Of a DNA stretch of 64,000 bases, positions 42,470-56,383 are shown piece by piece. Source of the stretch: an uncultured Methanomicrobiaceae archaeon (GTDB taxonomy: Archaea; Halobacteriota; Methanomicrobia; Methanomicrobiales; Methanoculleaceae). The stretch covers positions 864,001-928,000 of the forward strand of contig CAWGXH010000004.1 in NCBI GenBank assembly GCA_963826525.1. Direction: 5' to 3'. Position 1 is the first letter of the stretch, and each line of letters opens with the position of its first letter. The position numbers were made by a program, and so were the translations under genes. The notes under the pieces are model-generated. The model searched no databases and was not told the DNA's origin. It saw only the letters and a list, made by a program, of their open reading frames with translations.

Positions 42470-42543
42470 TGGGGCCACTGCGATTTGAACGCAGGTCAGA
42501 AGACCCCCAGTCTCCTAGGATGGCCAGGCTACCCTATGGCCCC
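42470..42543 (-). tRNA. tRNA-Pro(GGG)
   Basis: GGGGCCA/TGGCCCC acceptor stem, anticodon arm GGAGA-CT-GGG-GG-TCTTC, T-arm CTGCG-TTCAAAT-CGCAG, downstream T-run. Confidence 0.95.
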
Positions 42544-42608
42544 GCCTATACAGTTTGGATCTGAATAACATATGTAGTTTCGCTTCTGTAACGGCGAAAG
42601 GGTGGTGG

Positions 42609-42806
42609 TCAGATCTTCATCATCTTGTACTCTTCCACGTTGCGGGTCAGCTGTTCGAGTTCGGTTCCGGTAACTTCCATCCTGCTGCTGATCTCTTTCA
42701 TTTCGTTGAGGAGTTGCTGAATCCGCACGTACATCACATACATAATGAATAGCAGGCTGATGATGATGAGTGAAAGGATCACGATCATAATGCTGTCTAT
42801 TGTCAT
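42609..42806 (-). CDS. Small single-TM plus coiled-coil protein (65 aa)
   Basis: N-terminal hydrophobic helix then heptad-like charged tail. Starts 2 nt after the minD stop, with an AGGAG RBS. Confidence 0.7.
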   Translation of the reverse strand: MTIDSIMIVILSLIIISLLFIMYVMYVRIQQLLNEMKEISSRMEVTGTELEQLTRNVEEYKMMKI

Positions 42807-42808
42807 GG

Positions 42809-43588
42809 TTATCTCCTGAATAACGTTCGAGCAAGCCGCTCGACAAATCCTTCCCTCTTCTCTTCGACGGGCTCGTCATATTCGATCCCGGCAAGCGTTG
42901 CAGCTATACGCCGAAACGCTATGGATGAGGGTGAATCCGGGTATTTGATCACGACCGGGGTCTTGTAGGTCGAGGAGCGGCGCACATTCGGGTCCTCGGG
43001 GATCACATCGATGATCGGCACACCAAGGACCTTCTGGATCTTCTGTCTGGAGAGATCGGTGTTTTCAAGGCTCGCCCGGTTGAGAATGGCACCTCTGACA
43101 GTTCCTCCGACCATTTCGGTCAGGATCTTGACTTTCAGGGCGTCGACGAGCGAGGAGATCTCGGGATTGACCACCAGGATGACCTCATCGGCGACGGCAA
43201 GCGGGATGACCGCATCGCTGCCGAGCCCGGCGGGTGCGTCGAGGAGCAGATAATCGCAACGGCTGACGAGATCACGCATCACATCCTTCAGTCGCTGGGG
43301 GTCTGCCTCCTGGAACCCCTTGAGCGAGATCCCGCTCGGCACCACCTTCAGTCCGTGCGGTCCGTCGTAGATTGCATCCTGAATCTTTGCTTTTCCCGCG
43401 AGCACTTCGTGCAGGGTGGTCGATGCATTCTCAAGGCCAAGTACAAGCCCGAGGTTTGCCATCCCTACGTCGACATCGACGATGTACGTCTCCTTACCAT
43501 AGTAAGCGAGTGCTGTTCCGAGATTTGCAGTGACTGTCGTCTTTCCGGTCCCGCCTTTACCCGAGGCGATTGTGAAGGCTCTGATCAT
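42809..43588 (-). CDS. minD: MinD-family ATPase
   Basis: SGKGGTGKTT deviant Walker A, DVDVGMANL, LLDAPAG, IPED, C-terminal amphipathic helix GFVERLARTLFRR. Confidence 0.92.
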   Translation of the reverse strand: MIRAFTIASGKGGTGKTTVTANLGTALAYYGKETYIVDVDVGMANLGLVLGLENASTTLHEVLAGKAKIQDAIYDGPHGLKVVPSGISLKGFQEADPQRLKDVMRDLVSRCDYLLLDAPAGLGSDAVIPLAVADEVILVVNPEISSLVDALKVKILTEMVGGTVRGAILNRASLENTDLSRQKIQKVLGVPIIDVIPEDPNVRRSSTYKTPVVIKYPDSPSSIAFRRIAATLAGIEYDEPVEEKREGFVERLARTLFRR

Positions 43589-44038
43589 CTCATTCCCGTC
43601 TCATGGAGAGATCTAAGTGATGCTATATAACACTTTCTAATTTAGAAAGAAGATTAAATATCCCGATATCTTTTATTAACTGCTCTCTGCTCTCCTTTTT
43701 GGGCAGTTCTGCTGAATGGTCGGGAGAGCAGCAGAAGATGATTTTACGCACGGCGCCGGTGCAGTTCCCGGCCGAGAAGTGCGCTCTCCCGAAGTAGCCG
43801 GAGGTAATCTGGGGGGAGTGGCCTGGACCGTAATATTTATCACATCAGCATCGCTACCCGTAGCGCCACAGACCTTTGCATCGGAATGCGTATGGTGCCG
43901 GATGGCCGGATGAACCGCTCTTATTCCGGGAGCAGGGCTGAAAACGAAGGAGGCAGCGCGATCCGGGTATATCCGATTCGATATTGATATATGGTGCGAG
44001 GTGTATATGTCCTTGTATAACGCTTGGGGTTTATCCGT

Positions 44039-44416
44039 ATGACTAACCATCCATCCTCGAAAGAGAAGGCTCAATCGTACATCGAGGAGATCCGATCCAT
44101 CAGCGGCGTGGTTGCCTGTGCTCTTGTATCACAGGATGGGTTTGTTATGGGCAAGTATTCCCGGGATAACGGGCAGACTCCCTCGCTGTTCGCAGCAATG
44201 AGTGCAACTATTTTTGCGTCGGCAGAAGCTGCTGCGAGTGCTGTCCAGATCAGTTCCCCCTCGTCAATCATGGTTACTACGGCAGATGCCACGATTCTGG
44301 TCGTATGTGTAGGGAGCGAGGCACTCATCACGGCGGTTGTTGAAAAAACCGCAAATCCTGCAGCGGTCTGTGAGCAGCTTACGACGGTTGCAGTCAAGAT
44401 TGGGGAGGAGATATAA
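44039..44416 (+). CDS. Roadblock/LC7 (MglB-like) protein
   Basis: GVVACALVSQDG, FAAMSATIFASAE pattern. Confidence 0.85.
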   Translation: MTNHPSSKEKAQSYIEEIRSISGVVACALVSQDGFVMGKYSRDNGQTPSLFAAMSATIFASAEAAASAVQISSPSSIMVTTADATILVVCVGSEALITAVVEKTANPAAVCEQLTTVAVKIGEEI

Positions 44417-45048
44417 TGTATACGATACTGGTCGTTGATGATAGTCCGATGATCGTCGACGTATTCGTGACGATGCTTGAGCGGGGGGGATACCGGCCAA
44501 TAACTGCATACAGTGGAGAAGAAGCGTTATCGGTCTTACAGGAGGCCACGCCAGATCTGATACTGCTCGACATCATGATGGAGCCGATGGACGGATGGGA
44601 GACGCTCGAGAATCTCAAGGGCAATCTTTCAACAAAGAATATCCCTGTTCTCATGCTGACGGCAAAACCCCTGACGCCGGAAGAAGCAAAGGAATACGGC
44701 GTATATATTGAAGACTATATCCTCAAACCGACGACGCACCACCAACTCTACGATGCAATAGAACATGTCCTTCAGCGCCGCCACTCCATCACTGCGGACA
44801 TCGAGCGTGCACGACAGGCCGGCGTCGACCAGCGGATCATCGATGAGTTCGAGCGTCTCAGCAAGAGCGTGGATATCAATAAGCGCCTCCTGAAGATCCT
44901 TGAGACCACCTACAGCATCAAGGACGCTAAAGTGGGGATGGGCGAGAATATCACGCGTGCCATCAAGAGCATGGCAACCAGTATCAAACTGCAGGAAGAA
45001 CGCCTGCACCAGATCCGGGGCGAGTTCACCGTCTTCGCGGAACAATAA
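44416..45048 (+). CDS. Response regulator receiver with C-terminal helical extension
   Basis: ILVVDD, LILLDIMM, MDGWE, MLTAK, YILKP. Confidence 0.9.
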   Translation: MYTILVVDDSPMIVDVFVTMLERGGYRPITAYSGEEALSVLQEATPDLILLDIMMEPMDGWETLENLKGNLSTKNIPVLMLTAKPLTPEEAKEYGVYIEDYILKPTTHHQLYDAIEHVLQRRHSITADIERARQAGVDQRIIDEFERLSKSVDINKRLLKILETTYSIKDAKVGMGENITRAIKSMATSIKLQEERLHQIRGEFTVFAEQ

Positions 45049-45066
45049 AATCCGGCTCTCTTCTTC

Positions 45067-45516
45067 TTATTCTTCCCCCGCCGCGCCGTGGCCGAAGCAC
45101 CGCTCCTGTCTTCCTATGTAGACGATGGCGATCGTCAGGACGAGGATGGCGACGATGGTAAGCGCCACATCGGCTGCCTCCACGGGTTCAACGCCGAACG
45201 TCAGGATGCGCCGTACCATAGCGGTCATGGCAGCGATCAGGATGGGGGTGACCTGGAGCCGGTTGGTCTTGAAGTAGAGCGTGACCGTATCCAGGAGCTC
45301 GATAATGATGATGGTGACGAGGAGCGCGTGCAGAACGGCAAGGACGCCGAGTGTGGTGTCCTTCGTTGTGATGACTTCAAGGATGAGCTGCGCTACATCA
45401 TAGAACGATAGTACTGCGAGGACAGACAGCGCGATGGCGATCGCAAGATAGATGCCCATCGTCACGTTCGACAGGGCCGAGATGATCGTATTGACACGGT
45501 GGTTTTTCATCGTCAC
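45067..45516 (-). CDS. PsiE-family membrane protein
   Basis: LLVTIIIIELLDTVTLY, LIAAMTAMVRRIL, four TM helices. Confidence 0.8.
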   Translation of the reverse strand: MTMKNHRVNTIISALSNVTMGIYLAIAIALSVLAVLSFYDVAQLILEVITTKDTTLGVLAVLHALLVTIIIIELLDTVTLYFKTNRLQVTPILIAAMTAMVRRILTFGVEPVEAADVALTIVAILVLTIAIVYIGRQERCFGHGAAGEE

Positions 45517-45707
45517 GGGACCCCTCCTTGATGAGCGTTCTCTGAAGAGTAGAACTCCTGGAATGGCATTAAATATTCCGGTACGCCGGGAAACCGGATT
45601 CGGACATAAAGATTTATATGATTATACGGTGAATGATAAGATACGCACCTGAGTAAAGTTTTTATACTTTTCTTGCGTTGTAATAATGCTGTGATGGCAT
45701 ACGCGCG

Positions 45708-45781
45708 GGGCCTATAGCTCAGTTAGGTAGAGCGCCTGGCTTTTAACCAGGTGGTCGGGGGTTCAAATCCCCTTGGGCCCG
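45708..45781 (+). tRNA. tRNA-Lys(TTT)
   Basis: GGGCCTA/TGGGCCC acceptor stem, CCTGG-CT-TTT-AA-CCAGG anticodon arm, GGGGG-TTCAAAT-CCCCT T-arm, TTTATA box upstream. Confidence 0.96.
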
Positions 45782-45861
45782 TTGCCATGGGCGTTGATCT
45801 GTGGTTTTTGTATAGGTGATGCATCTGATATGTGACTCTTTCGTCAGCGGGGTATAAAAGG

Positions 45862-46113
45862 ATGAGCACCTCATTTGACGTAATCAAACACTCGATGGTT
45901 CCTGACCATCAAATTATGAGCGAAGAAGAGGTAAAGTCGTTACTCTCCACGTACGAGATCTCTTTCGAGCAACTGCCAAAAATCTACCATGACGATCCAG
46001 CAGCCAAGGCCATCGGGGGCAATGTCGGGGATGTTATCAGGATAGTCCGTGAGAGCCGGACTGCTGGCAGAGCAGAGTCGTACCGTCTCGTCGTTAAGAG
46101 ACCAAAGAAATAA
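45862..46113 (+). CDS. rpoH: RNA polymerase subunit H (Rpo5)
   Basis: [30 protein letters not shown]. Confidence 0.96.
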   Translation: MSTSFDVIKHSMVPDHQIMSEEEVKSLLSTYEISFEQLPKIYHDDPAAKAIGGNVGDVIRIVRESRTAGRAESYRLVVKRPKK

Positions 46114-46154
46114 ATCCTGGCCGGGAGCTGATTTATCTGATAGACAGAAGTGTA

Positions 46155-47696
46155 TTGTCTAGAGCTTATTTTTCGCGGGAACACGTAGCACGACATCAAC
46201 TGGATTCTTATAATAATTTTCTCCTGCACAATCTTCAGAAAGTTGTTGACGAACAGCGGAAGATCGAGACCGATATCGAGACGCGTGGAAAGGGGAGGGA
46301 AGCCGTCTGGGTGGAACTCGGGACGATCGAGGTGAAGAAGCCGCTCGTCCGGGAGGCGGACGGTTCGCAGTCCGAGCTCTTCCCGAGTGAAGCACGCCTC
46401 CGGAACCTCACCTACGCTGCGCCCATCCAACTTGACATGACGCTTGTCCAGGGTGACGAGCGGCAGGAAGGGATCATAACCACCATCGGTCAGCTGCCGG
46501 TGATGATCGGTTCGGCAGCATGCAACCTCTACGGGATGAACGACGATGAGAGAACCGCGCAGGGTGAAGACCCGCTCGACCCCGGCGGCTACTTCATCGT
46601 CAACGGTACCGAACGCGTCCTGATGACGCTTGAGGACCTCGCATCCAACAAGATCATGACCGAGTTTACCGAGCGCTATAACGAGCGGATCTATGTCGCC
46701 AAGGTATTCTCGCAGTACCGGGGCTACCGCGCGCTCGTTATCGTGGAACGGAACCGCAAAAACCTGCTCGAGGTCTCGTTCCCCTCGGTCGCCGGTCACC
46801 TGCGGTTCATCGATCTGATGCGGGCGCTCGGCCTTCCCGGCGACCATGACATCGTCGAGGCTGTCTCTACGGACGAGGAGATCCTCACATTCATGATGCA
46901 GAACCTGGAGGAGAGCGAGTGCGATACCGTCGAGGAGGGTGTCATGTATGTCGGGAAGAAACTTGCTCCAAACCAGACGCGCGACTACCAGCGGAAGCGT
47001 GCGGAGTTCGTCCTTGACAACTACCTGCTGCCGCACCTCAACTACCTGCTGCCGATCGGCCTCAAAGAGGAGGATCCCGGCTACCGGCAGACGGTTGAAG
47101 AGGTCAGGCTGGCAAAGGCACACTTCCTCGGCCGTATGGCTGAAGCCTGCTTCGATCTCGTCCTCGACCGACGCCGTACCGACGACAAGGACCACTACTC
47201 GAACAAGCGCTTGAAACTCGCCGGCGACCTTATGGAAGACCTTTTCCGTATCTCATTAAACCGCCTCACGAGGGATGTCAAGTACCAGCTTGAGCGCGCC
47301 AGCATGCGGCACCGCGATCTCTCCATCAGCACGGCCGTCCGTGCCGATGTCCTCACCGAGCGGCTGCTCCATCCGCTCGCTACCGGTAACTGGGTGGGTG
47401 GCAGGACGGGTGTCTCCCAGCTCCTCGACCGTGTCGACCACATGGCCGTGCTCTCGCACCTGCGCCGTGTGATCTCTCCCCTTTCCCGCTCGCAGCCGCA
47501 TTTCGAGGCACGTGACCTGCACCCTACCCAGTGGGGCCGTATCTGTCCGAGCGAGACGCCGGAGGGTCCGAACTGTGGTCTCGTGAAGAACTTCGCCCAG
47601 ATGGTCGAGATCAGCAAGGGCGTTCTGGATGAAGAGGAAGTAAAGAACATTCTGTTTGATTCGGGTGTTATCGCCCTCCGGAGGGAAACCGTATGA
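46155..47696 (+). CDS. rpoB2: RNA polymerase subunit B'' (Rpo2N)
   Basis: [43 protein letters not shown]. Confidence 0.96.
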   Translation: MSRAYFSREHVARHQLDSYNNFLLHNLQKVVDEQRKIETDIETRGKGREAVWVELGTIEVKKPLVREADGSQSELFPSEARLRNLTYAAPIQLDMTLVQGDERQEGIITTIGQLPVMIGSAACNLYGMNDDERTAQGEDPLDPGGYFIVNGTERVLMTLEDLASNKIMTEFTERYNERIYVAKVFSQYRGYRALVIVERNRKNLLEVSFPSVAGHLRFIDLMRALGLPGDHDIVEAVSTDEEILTFMMQNLEESECDTVEEGVMYVGKKLAPNQTRDYQRKRAEFVLDNYLLPHLNYLLPIGLKEEDPGYRQTVEEVRLAKAHFLGRMAEACFDLVLDRRRTDDKDHYSNKRLKLAGDLMEDLFRISLNRLTRDVKYQLERASMRHRDLSISTAVRADVLTERLLHPLATGNWVGGRTGVSQLLDRVDHMAVLSHLRRVISPLSRSQPHFEARDLHPTQWGRICPSETPEGPNCGLVKNFAQMVEISKGVLDEEEVKNILFDSGVIALRRETV

Positions 47697-49507
47697 AGAT
47701 GTCACGCGTGTTCGTTGACGGAGCACTCATAGGCCTCGTAGAGGACCCGGTTGCCCTCGTCGCGAACACCAGGCGTATGCGCAGGCGAGGCGAGATCTCG
47801 ACGGAGATCAACGTCTCCTATAAAGCGTTCAACAACGACGTGATCGTTCACACCGATCGGGGACGGGCCCGGCGCCCGCTGATCATCGTCGAGAACGGTA
47901 AAACGCACGTCACCCCCGAAGATATCGAGCGGCTCAGGGCCGGCGAGATAGACTTTAACGACTTTGTGAAGAGAGGCGTCATTGAGTTCATCGATGCTGA
48001 GGAAGAGGAGGACCTCTTTATCGCCATCACCGAGGATGCCCTCACTCCCGAGCATACGCACCTTGAGATTGATCCTGCGCTTATCCTTGGGATTGGTGCC
48101 GCCCACGTGCCGTTTCCCGAGCACAACGCCAGTCCGCGTGTCACCATGGGTGCAGGAATGGTTAAGCAGGCGCTTGGGTTTGCCGCGGCGAATATGAAGC
48201 TCCGGCCCGATACTCGTGGTCATATGCTCCACTACGTCCAAAAACCTCTCACCTACACGCAGACCTCCGATGTCATCGGCTCCGATGACCGGCCTGCCGG
48301 CCAGAACTTCGTCGTGGCGATCATCAGCTACGAGGGGTTCAATATTGAGGATGCGCTCATCATCAATAGAGCCTCCATCGATCGAGGTGTCGGGAGATCC
48401 CACTTCTTCCGCACCTACGACGGTGAAGAACGCCGCTATCCAGGCGGGCAGGTCGACCGGATCGGGATCCCGGACGAAGAAGTCTCGGGCGCGCATGGAA
48501 CCGAGTATTACGCGAACCTGGACGAGGACGGCGTCATCAGCCCCGAGACGATAGTCCGGGAGAAGGATGTCATCATCGGAAAGACCTCGCCGCCGAGGTT
48601 CCTTGAAGAGCCGACGAGCGAACTGATCGCCGTTGAGAAGCGGCGGGATACCTCCGTTACGATGCGGAGCAACGAGCACGGTATCGTCGATACGGTCATC
48701 ATCACCGAGGGAGAGAACAGCTCGCGCCTTGTGAAGGTGCGCACACGGGATCTCCGTGTTCCCGAGGTGGGAGACAAGTTTGCCTCACGACACGGCCAGA
48801 AGGGTGTCATCGGTCTCATCCAGCCTCAGGAGGATATGCCCTTCACCGAGTCGGGCATGACTCCCGACCTCATCATCAACCCCCACGCCGTTCCGAGCCG
48901 TATGACTATCGGGCACATGCTCGAGATGCTCGGCGGCAAGGTGGGCAGCCTCGAAGGTCATCGGATCAACGCGACGGCATTCCGCGGCGAGCGTGAAGCG
49001 CCGATGCGTGAGTCGCTCAAGGAACTTGGTTTCTCTCACACCGGGCGCGAAGTGATGTACGACGGTATCACCGGAAGGCGCTTCGCCGCCGATATTTACA
49101 TCGGCGTGATCTACTACCAGAAACTCTACCACATGGTCTCGAGCAAGATGCACGCCCGTTCACGCGGTCCGGTGCAGGTGCTCACCCGTCAACCGACCGA
49201 GGGTCGTGCCCGTGAGGGTGGTCTCCGGTTTGGTGAGATGGAGCGCGACGTGATGATCGGTCACGGTGCTGCAATGGCGCTCAAAGAGCGTCTCCTTGAC
49301 GAGTCCGATAAGGTCTCGGAGTGGGTCTGCGCCAAGTGCGGTATGGTGGCGATGCTTGACCGGAAGCGCAAGATCACCCGCTGTCTCGCCTGCGGCGGCG
49401 AGACCGATATCTACTCGGTCGAGATGAGCTATGCGTTCAAGCTGCTGCTTGACGAGATGAAGAGTATGGGCATTGCTCCCCGCCTGCGGCTCGAAGATAT
49501 GGTATAA
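47693..49507 (+). CDS. rpoB1: RNA polymerase subunit B' (Rpo2C)
   Basis: [34 protein letters not shown]-terminal Zn finger. Confidence 0.97.
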   Translation: MKMSRVFVDGALIGLVEDPVALVANTRRMRRRGEISTEINVSYKAFNNDVIVHTDRGRARRPLIIVENGKTHVTPEDIERLRAGEIDFNDFVKRGVIEFIDAEEEEDLFIAITEDALTPEHTHLEIDPALILGIGAAHVPFPEHNASPRVTMGAGMVKQALGFAAANMKLRPDTRGHMLHYVQKPLTYTQTSDVIGSDDRPAGQNFVVAIISYEGFNIEDALIINRASIDRGVGRSHFFRTYDGEERRYPGGQVDRIGIPDEEVSGAHGTEYYANLDEDGVISPETIVREKDVIIGKTSPPRFLEEPTSELIAVEKRRDTSVTMRSNEHGIVDTVIITEGENSSRLVKVRTRDLRVPEVGDKFASRHGQKGVIGLIQPQEDMPFTESGMTPDLIINPHAVPSRMTIGHMLEMLGGKVGSLEGHRINATAFRGEREAPMRESLKELGFSHTGREVMYDGITGRRFAADIYIGVIYYQKLYHMVSSKMHARSRGPVQVLTRQPTEGRAREGGLRFGEMERDVMIGHGAAMALKERLLDESDKVSEWVCAKCGMVAMLDRKRKITRCLACGGETDIYSVEMSYAFKLLLDEMKSMGIAPRLRLEDMV

Positions 49508-49524
49508 CGGGGGCGAAATACAGT

Positions 49525-53333
<3,809 letters not shown>

Positions 53334-53350
53334 AACGAGGAGAATCGTAA

Positions 53351-53641
53351 ATGGACTTTAATACTTCATTGCGCAAAGCTGTCAAAACAGGAAATGTGCT
53401 TCTTGGTCAGAACAAGACCAGGGACTGCGTCCAGGAAGGCAAGGCCAAGCTTGTTGTCGTGGCTGAAAACTGCCCTGGAAACTTTAAAACATTCATCAAC
53501 GAACAGAATGAGACGCCCGTCTATGTCTATAGCGGATCAAGCGTTCAGCTCGGTAAAGCATGCGGTATGCCCTTTGTCGTCAGCGCGCTCGCCGTCGTCG
53601 AGCCGGGAGAATCCGACATCCTGAATATCAAGAGAGTGTGA
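53351..53641 (+). CDS. rpl30e: 50S ribosomal protein L30e
   Basis: KTGNVLLG, LVVVAENCP, LGKACG, PGESDIL. Confidence 0.95.
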   Translation: MDFNTSLRKAVKTGNVLLGQNKTRDCVQEGKAKLVVVAENCPGNFKTFINEQNETPVYVYSGSSVQLGKACGMPFVVSALAVVEPGESDILNIKRV

Positions 53642-53642
53642 C

Positions 53643-54095
53643 ATGGCACAGGTTGTACTGACTGAAGAGTGCATGCGTCTCATCTCACAGTTTGAGAGCC
53701 TCACCGGAGCGGGGAGCCGTGACTGTATCGTAGACGACCGCAACGAACGTATCATCTTTGTGATCAACCCCGGTGATATGGGGCTTGCTATCGGAAAGAG
53801 CGGTGCAAGCATCAAGAAAGCCTCCGAAGCGATGGGCAAGCGGATAGAAGTCGTCGAGTACACAAGCGATCCCGGCCAGTTCTTAAAGAACTGTTTCCTC
53901 CCTGCACAGGTTACCGGCATTGACTTTGACGAGGGTGATGAGGACGGCGAATGCGTCGCCATCGTCGACGTCAGGGATGAGGACCGGGGTCTTGCCATCG
54001 GCAAGGCCGGGAAGAACATCTTCAAGGCGAAGATCCTTGCCCAGCGGCAGCATAACATCGCCGACGTTCAGCTCGCCCAGAATAGCGATGCCTGA
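53643..54095 (+). CDS. nusA: Archaeal NusA (two KH domains)
   Basis: MGLAIGKSG and RGLAIGKAGKNI GxxG loops. Confidence 0.95.
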   Translation: MAQVVLTEECMRLISQFESLTGAGSRDCIVDDRNERIIFVINPGDMGLAIGKSGASIKKASEAMGKRIEVVEYTSDPGQFLKNCFLPAQVTGIDFDEGDEDGECVAIVDVRDEDRGLAIGKAGKNIFKAKILAQRQHNIADVQLAQNSDA

Positions 54096-54354
54096 TTCTA
54101 TCTTCTTTTTTCCCCTGTCGATCTTCGGCCGGTGAAGATTCCGGGATCCTTGCTCATGTCTGACAGGTCACGGGACAGGGTTATGTTCCCCGTGCAGTAT
54201 ACTCTCTCTTGTATACTGCGTAAATTATATATATCTTGATATGCCTCATCTGCATTCGGTGCAGGCAGGCTGTGCATCCGATGTTTCATCTATTATCAGG
54301 GAGTAATTTCACCGTTCCTCCGATGTGTCCTGCCGAGCGAAGACGGGACTGTGT

Positions 54355-56352
54355 ATGATCAGACTGCTTGCGATACTATCGGCACTTATCGTGGTATCCG
54401 GGATAACGGTTGCCCCGGGCGAGACCTCGCCGAGCTACGGGATGGAGATACCTACGCTCTCCGACGGAGTCGCCGTTCTCTCTCTGTACCTTCCCTCCTG
54501 CATGATTCTGCAGGCAACCTCCTCTCTGACCGAGGCTCTCATCGTGACTGATGATGGGGATAGTGAGGCTCTCATTGCGACTGATGATGGGGATAGCGAG
54601 GATCTCATTGCGACTGATGATGGGGATAGCGAGGATCTCATTGCGACTGATGATGGGGATAGCGAGGATCTCATTGCGACTGATGATGGGGATAGCGAGG
54701 ATCTCATTGCGACTGATGATGGGGATAGCGAGAATGATGAGAACGCTCGCGTTCAGCATGACCGAGCACCAGAGTCCTCTGACAAGATCCATAAGCAAAA
54801 GCCGGAAAAGCCGGAAAAGCCGGAACGTGACACTCCTTCGCCGACTGAGCAGCCAACGCTGGAATCCACTCCCTCTCCGAGCCCGTCCCCTACTGTGACG
54901 CCGACCACGGAGCCCACGACTTCCGTGCCCACCACAGAGCTTTCGCCCCCTCCTATAACCGCGGCAACCCCGGAGGTGCCGACGGCAAAGCCACCTACGA
55001 CGACCCCCCAGACGTCTTCTCCTACCACGATTCCGACGACAGAACCTACTGAAGCAGCGACCACGGCTCCGACCGTTACGCTGTCAACAACGCCGCCGAC
55101 CTCCGCCCCATCGACGGCCACGCCGACGATAACCCCGACGGAGACTGTGACGACACTTGCCCCTACGACAGGTACACCTACGGGAGCAGCCACTACGCCT
55201 TCGACGACCGCCCCGACGGAGACATCCACCCCGGCTCCGACGATCACTCCGGGAGAGGAGGCGTCAACCGGGACCCCGACAGGAACTCAGGCTCCCCTCC
55301 TGGAAGGGACACCCGATCCGGAAGCTATCATCGGTGATCTCCAGGACCCGGTTCAGTCATCGTCCGGCGGCGGCAGTTCCACTCTCCGGAGTTCGGATCC
55401 TCCTCTCGCTGCAACACCGGGCATGCCCTCCGGTCAGCACCCTGCGGTCAGGGAATCTTCGAGCCCGGCGACGTCTGCACCGGTCTCTGCTGCCGAGGCC
55501 CCGGTCAACCTGCCGGGAGCGGATCTGGGCATTCTCCAGATCAGGGGCGTCGGCATCTATGAGTCGAATACGCCGGATACGGTGGCAATAACGGTCAACG
55601 GCACGAAGGTAGGATACCTTGCCCGGTTACTCGACGACTCTATGAGAACTCCGGGTCTTCAGCCACGGGTAGCGTTCGAAGAGAGGACGTTCACCGTATC
55701 GGTGACGCTCGAGGCGAGGAACATATCGTTTTCGGAGAGCACCCCGGTATATGTTGTCCTCATCCCCCCTCCGGAAGAGACCGGTATCTATCGGATAACC
55801 CGGACAGCAGCACCCGAAACCCTCGCGGCGGGTGAACGGAACGTCTGGCGGTTCGCGGTCACCCCGCTCTCCGCGAGGCTGATGCTCGAGAACCTGACTT
55901 CGGTGGAGACGACGGGGATCACTAACCTGACCGGATACCCCGATCTCTTCACCTTCCGGGTGGTCGCTTTCACCGATGCATACGACGAGATCATGACCGC
56001 TGCATCCGACCCAATCATCTCAGTCCGGCCGGCGGCGGCAGGTGTTGCGGCTGCTGTCCATCCCGACTACTACGGCCTGCTGGAGGTCGAGACTCCGGCA
56101 CTGCAGCCCTCCGAGACGTTAAATGACGCCTGGCTGCGGGGAGTCGGTGAAGTCGAGATACTGAATACCTCCGGTACGAATCTTGCGGTGATACGAAACC
56201 TCGGAAGAGAAGACTTAAAGCGCATCTACATCGCCGAGTCGCCTGCGTCGGCGCTCCGGGAGCTCGGTATGTCGCCCTTCGATGCGATCGCGACCGCTCT
56301 TGCAGGCACGGTGGCGTGGCTCCAGAGTACCTTGCATGCCCTCTTCGGTTGA
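54355..56352 (+). CDS. Secreted/cell-surface protein: signal peptide, acidic tandem repeats, long Pro/Thr-rich linker, globular C-terminal domain
   Basis: MIRLLAILSALIVVSG signal-like N-terminus, (E[A/D]LI[A/V]TDDGDS)x6, about 150 aa PT-rich segment. Confidence 0.8.
   Translation: MIRLLAILSALIVVSGITVAPGETSPSYGMEIPTLSDGVAVLSLYLPSCMILQATSSLTEALIVTDDGDSEALIATDDGDSEDLIATDDGDSEDLIATDDGDSEDLIATDDGDSEDLIATDDGDSENDENARVQHDRAPESSDKIHKQKPEKPEKPERDTPSPTEQPTLESTPSPSPSPTVTPTTEPTTSVPTTELSPPPITAATPEVPTAKPPTTTPQTSSPTTIPTTEPTEAATTAPTVTLSTTPPTSAPSTATPTITPTETVTTLAPTTGTPTGAATTPSTTAPTETSTPAPTITPGEEASTGTPTGTQAPLLEGTPDPEAIIGDLQDPVQSSSGGGSSTLRSSDPPLAATPGMPSGQHPAVRESSSPATSAPVSAAEAPVNLPGADLGILQIRGVGIYESNTPDTVAITVNGTKVGYLARLLDDSMRTPGLQPRVAFEERTFTVSVTLEARNISFSESTPVYVVLIPPPEETGIYRITRTAAPETLAAGERNVWRFAVTPLSARLMLENLTSVETTGITNLTGYPDLFTFRVVAFTDAYDEIMTAASDPIISVRPAAAGVAAAVHPDYYGLLEVETPALQPSETLNDAWLRGVGEVEILNTSGTNLAVIRNLGREDLKRIYIAESPASALRELGMSPFDAIATALAGTVAWLQSTLHALFG
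54532..54729 (+). repeat. In-frame 33-bp tandem repeat, 6 copies (GAGGATCTCATTGCGACTGATGATGGGGATAGC)
   Basis: The last four copies are identical and the first two slightly diverged. Confidence 0.95.
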
Positions 56353-56383
56353 ATGCGGGGATCCCCCCGCGGTATTCTCGACA

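Noticed and set aside
43676-44030. ORFs or an ncRNA between minD and the roadblock gene
   Set aside because: No convincing coding signal or RNA family pattern. It is probably a divergent promoter region.
54532-54729. 33-bp repeats as a CRISPR array
   Set aside because: The copies are directly adjacent without spacers, in frame within a CDS, and no cas genes are present.
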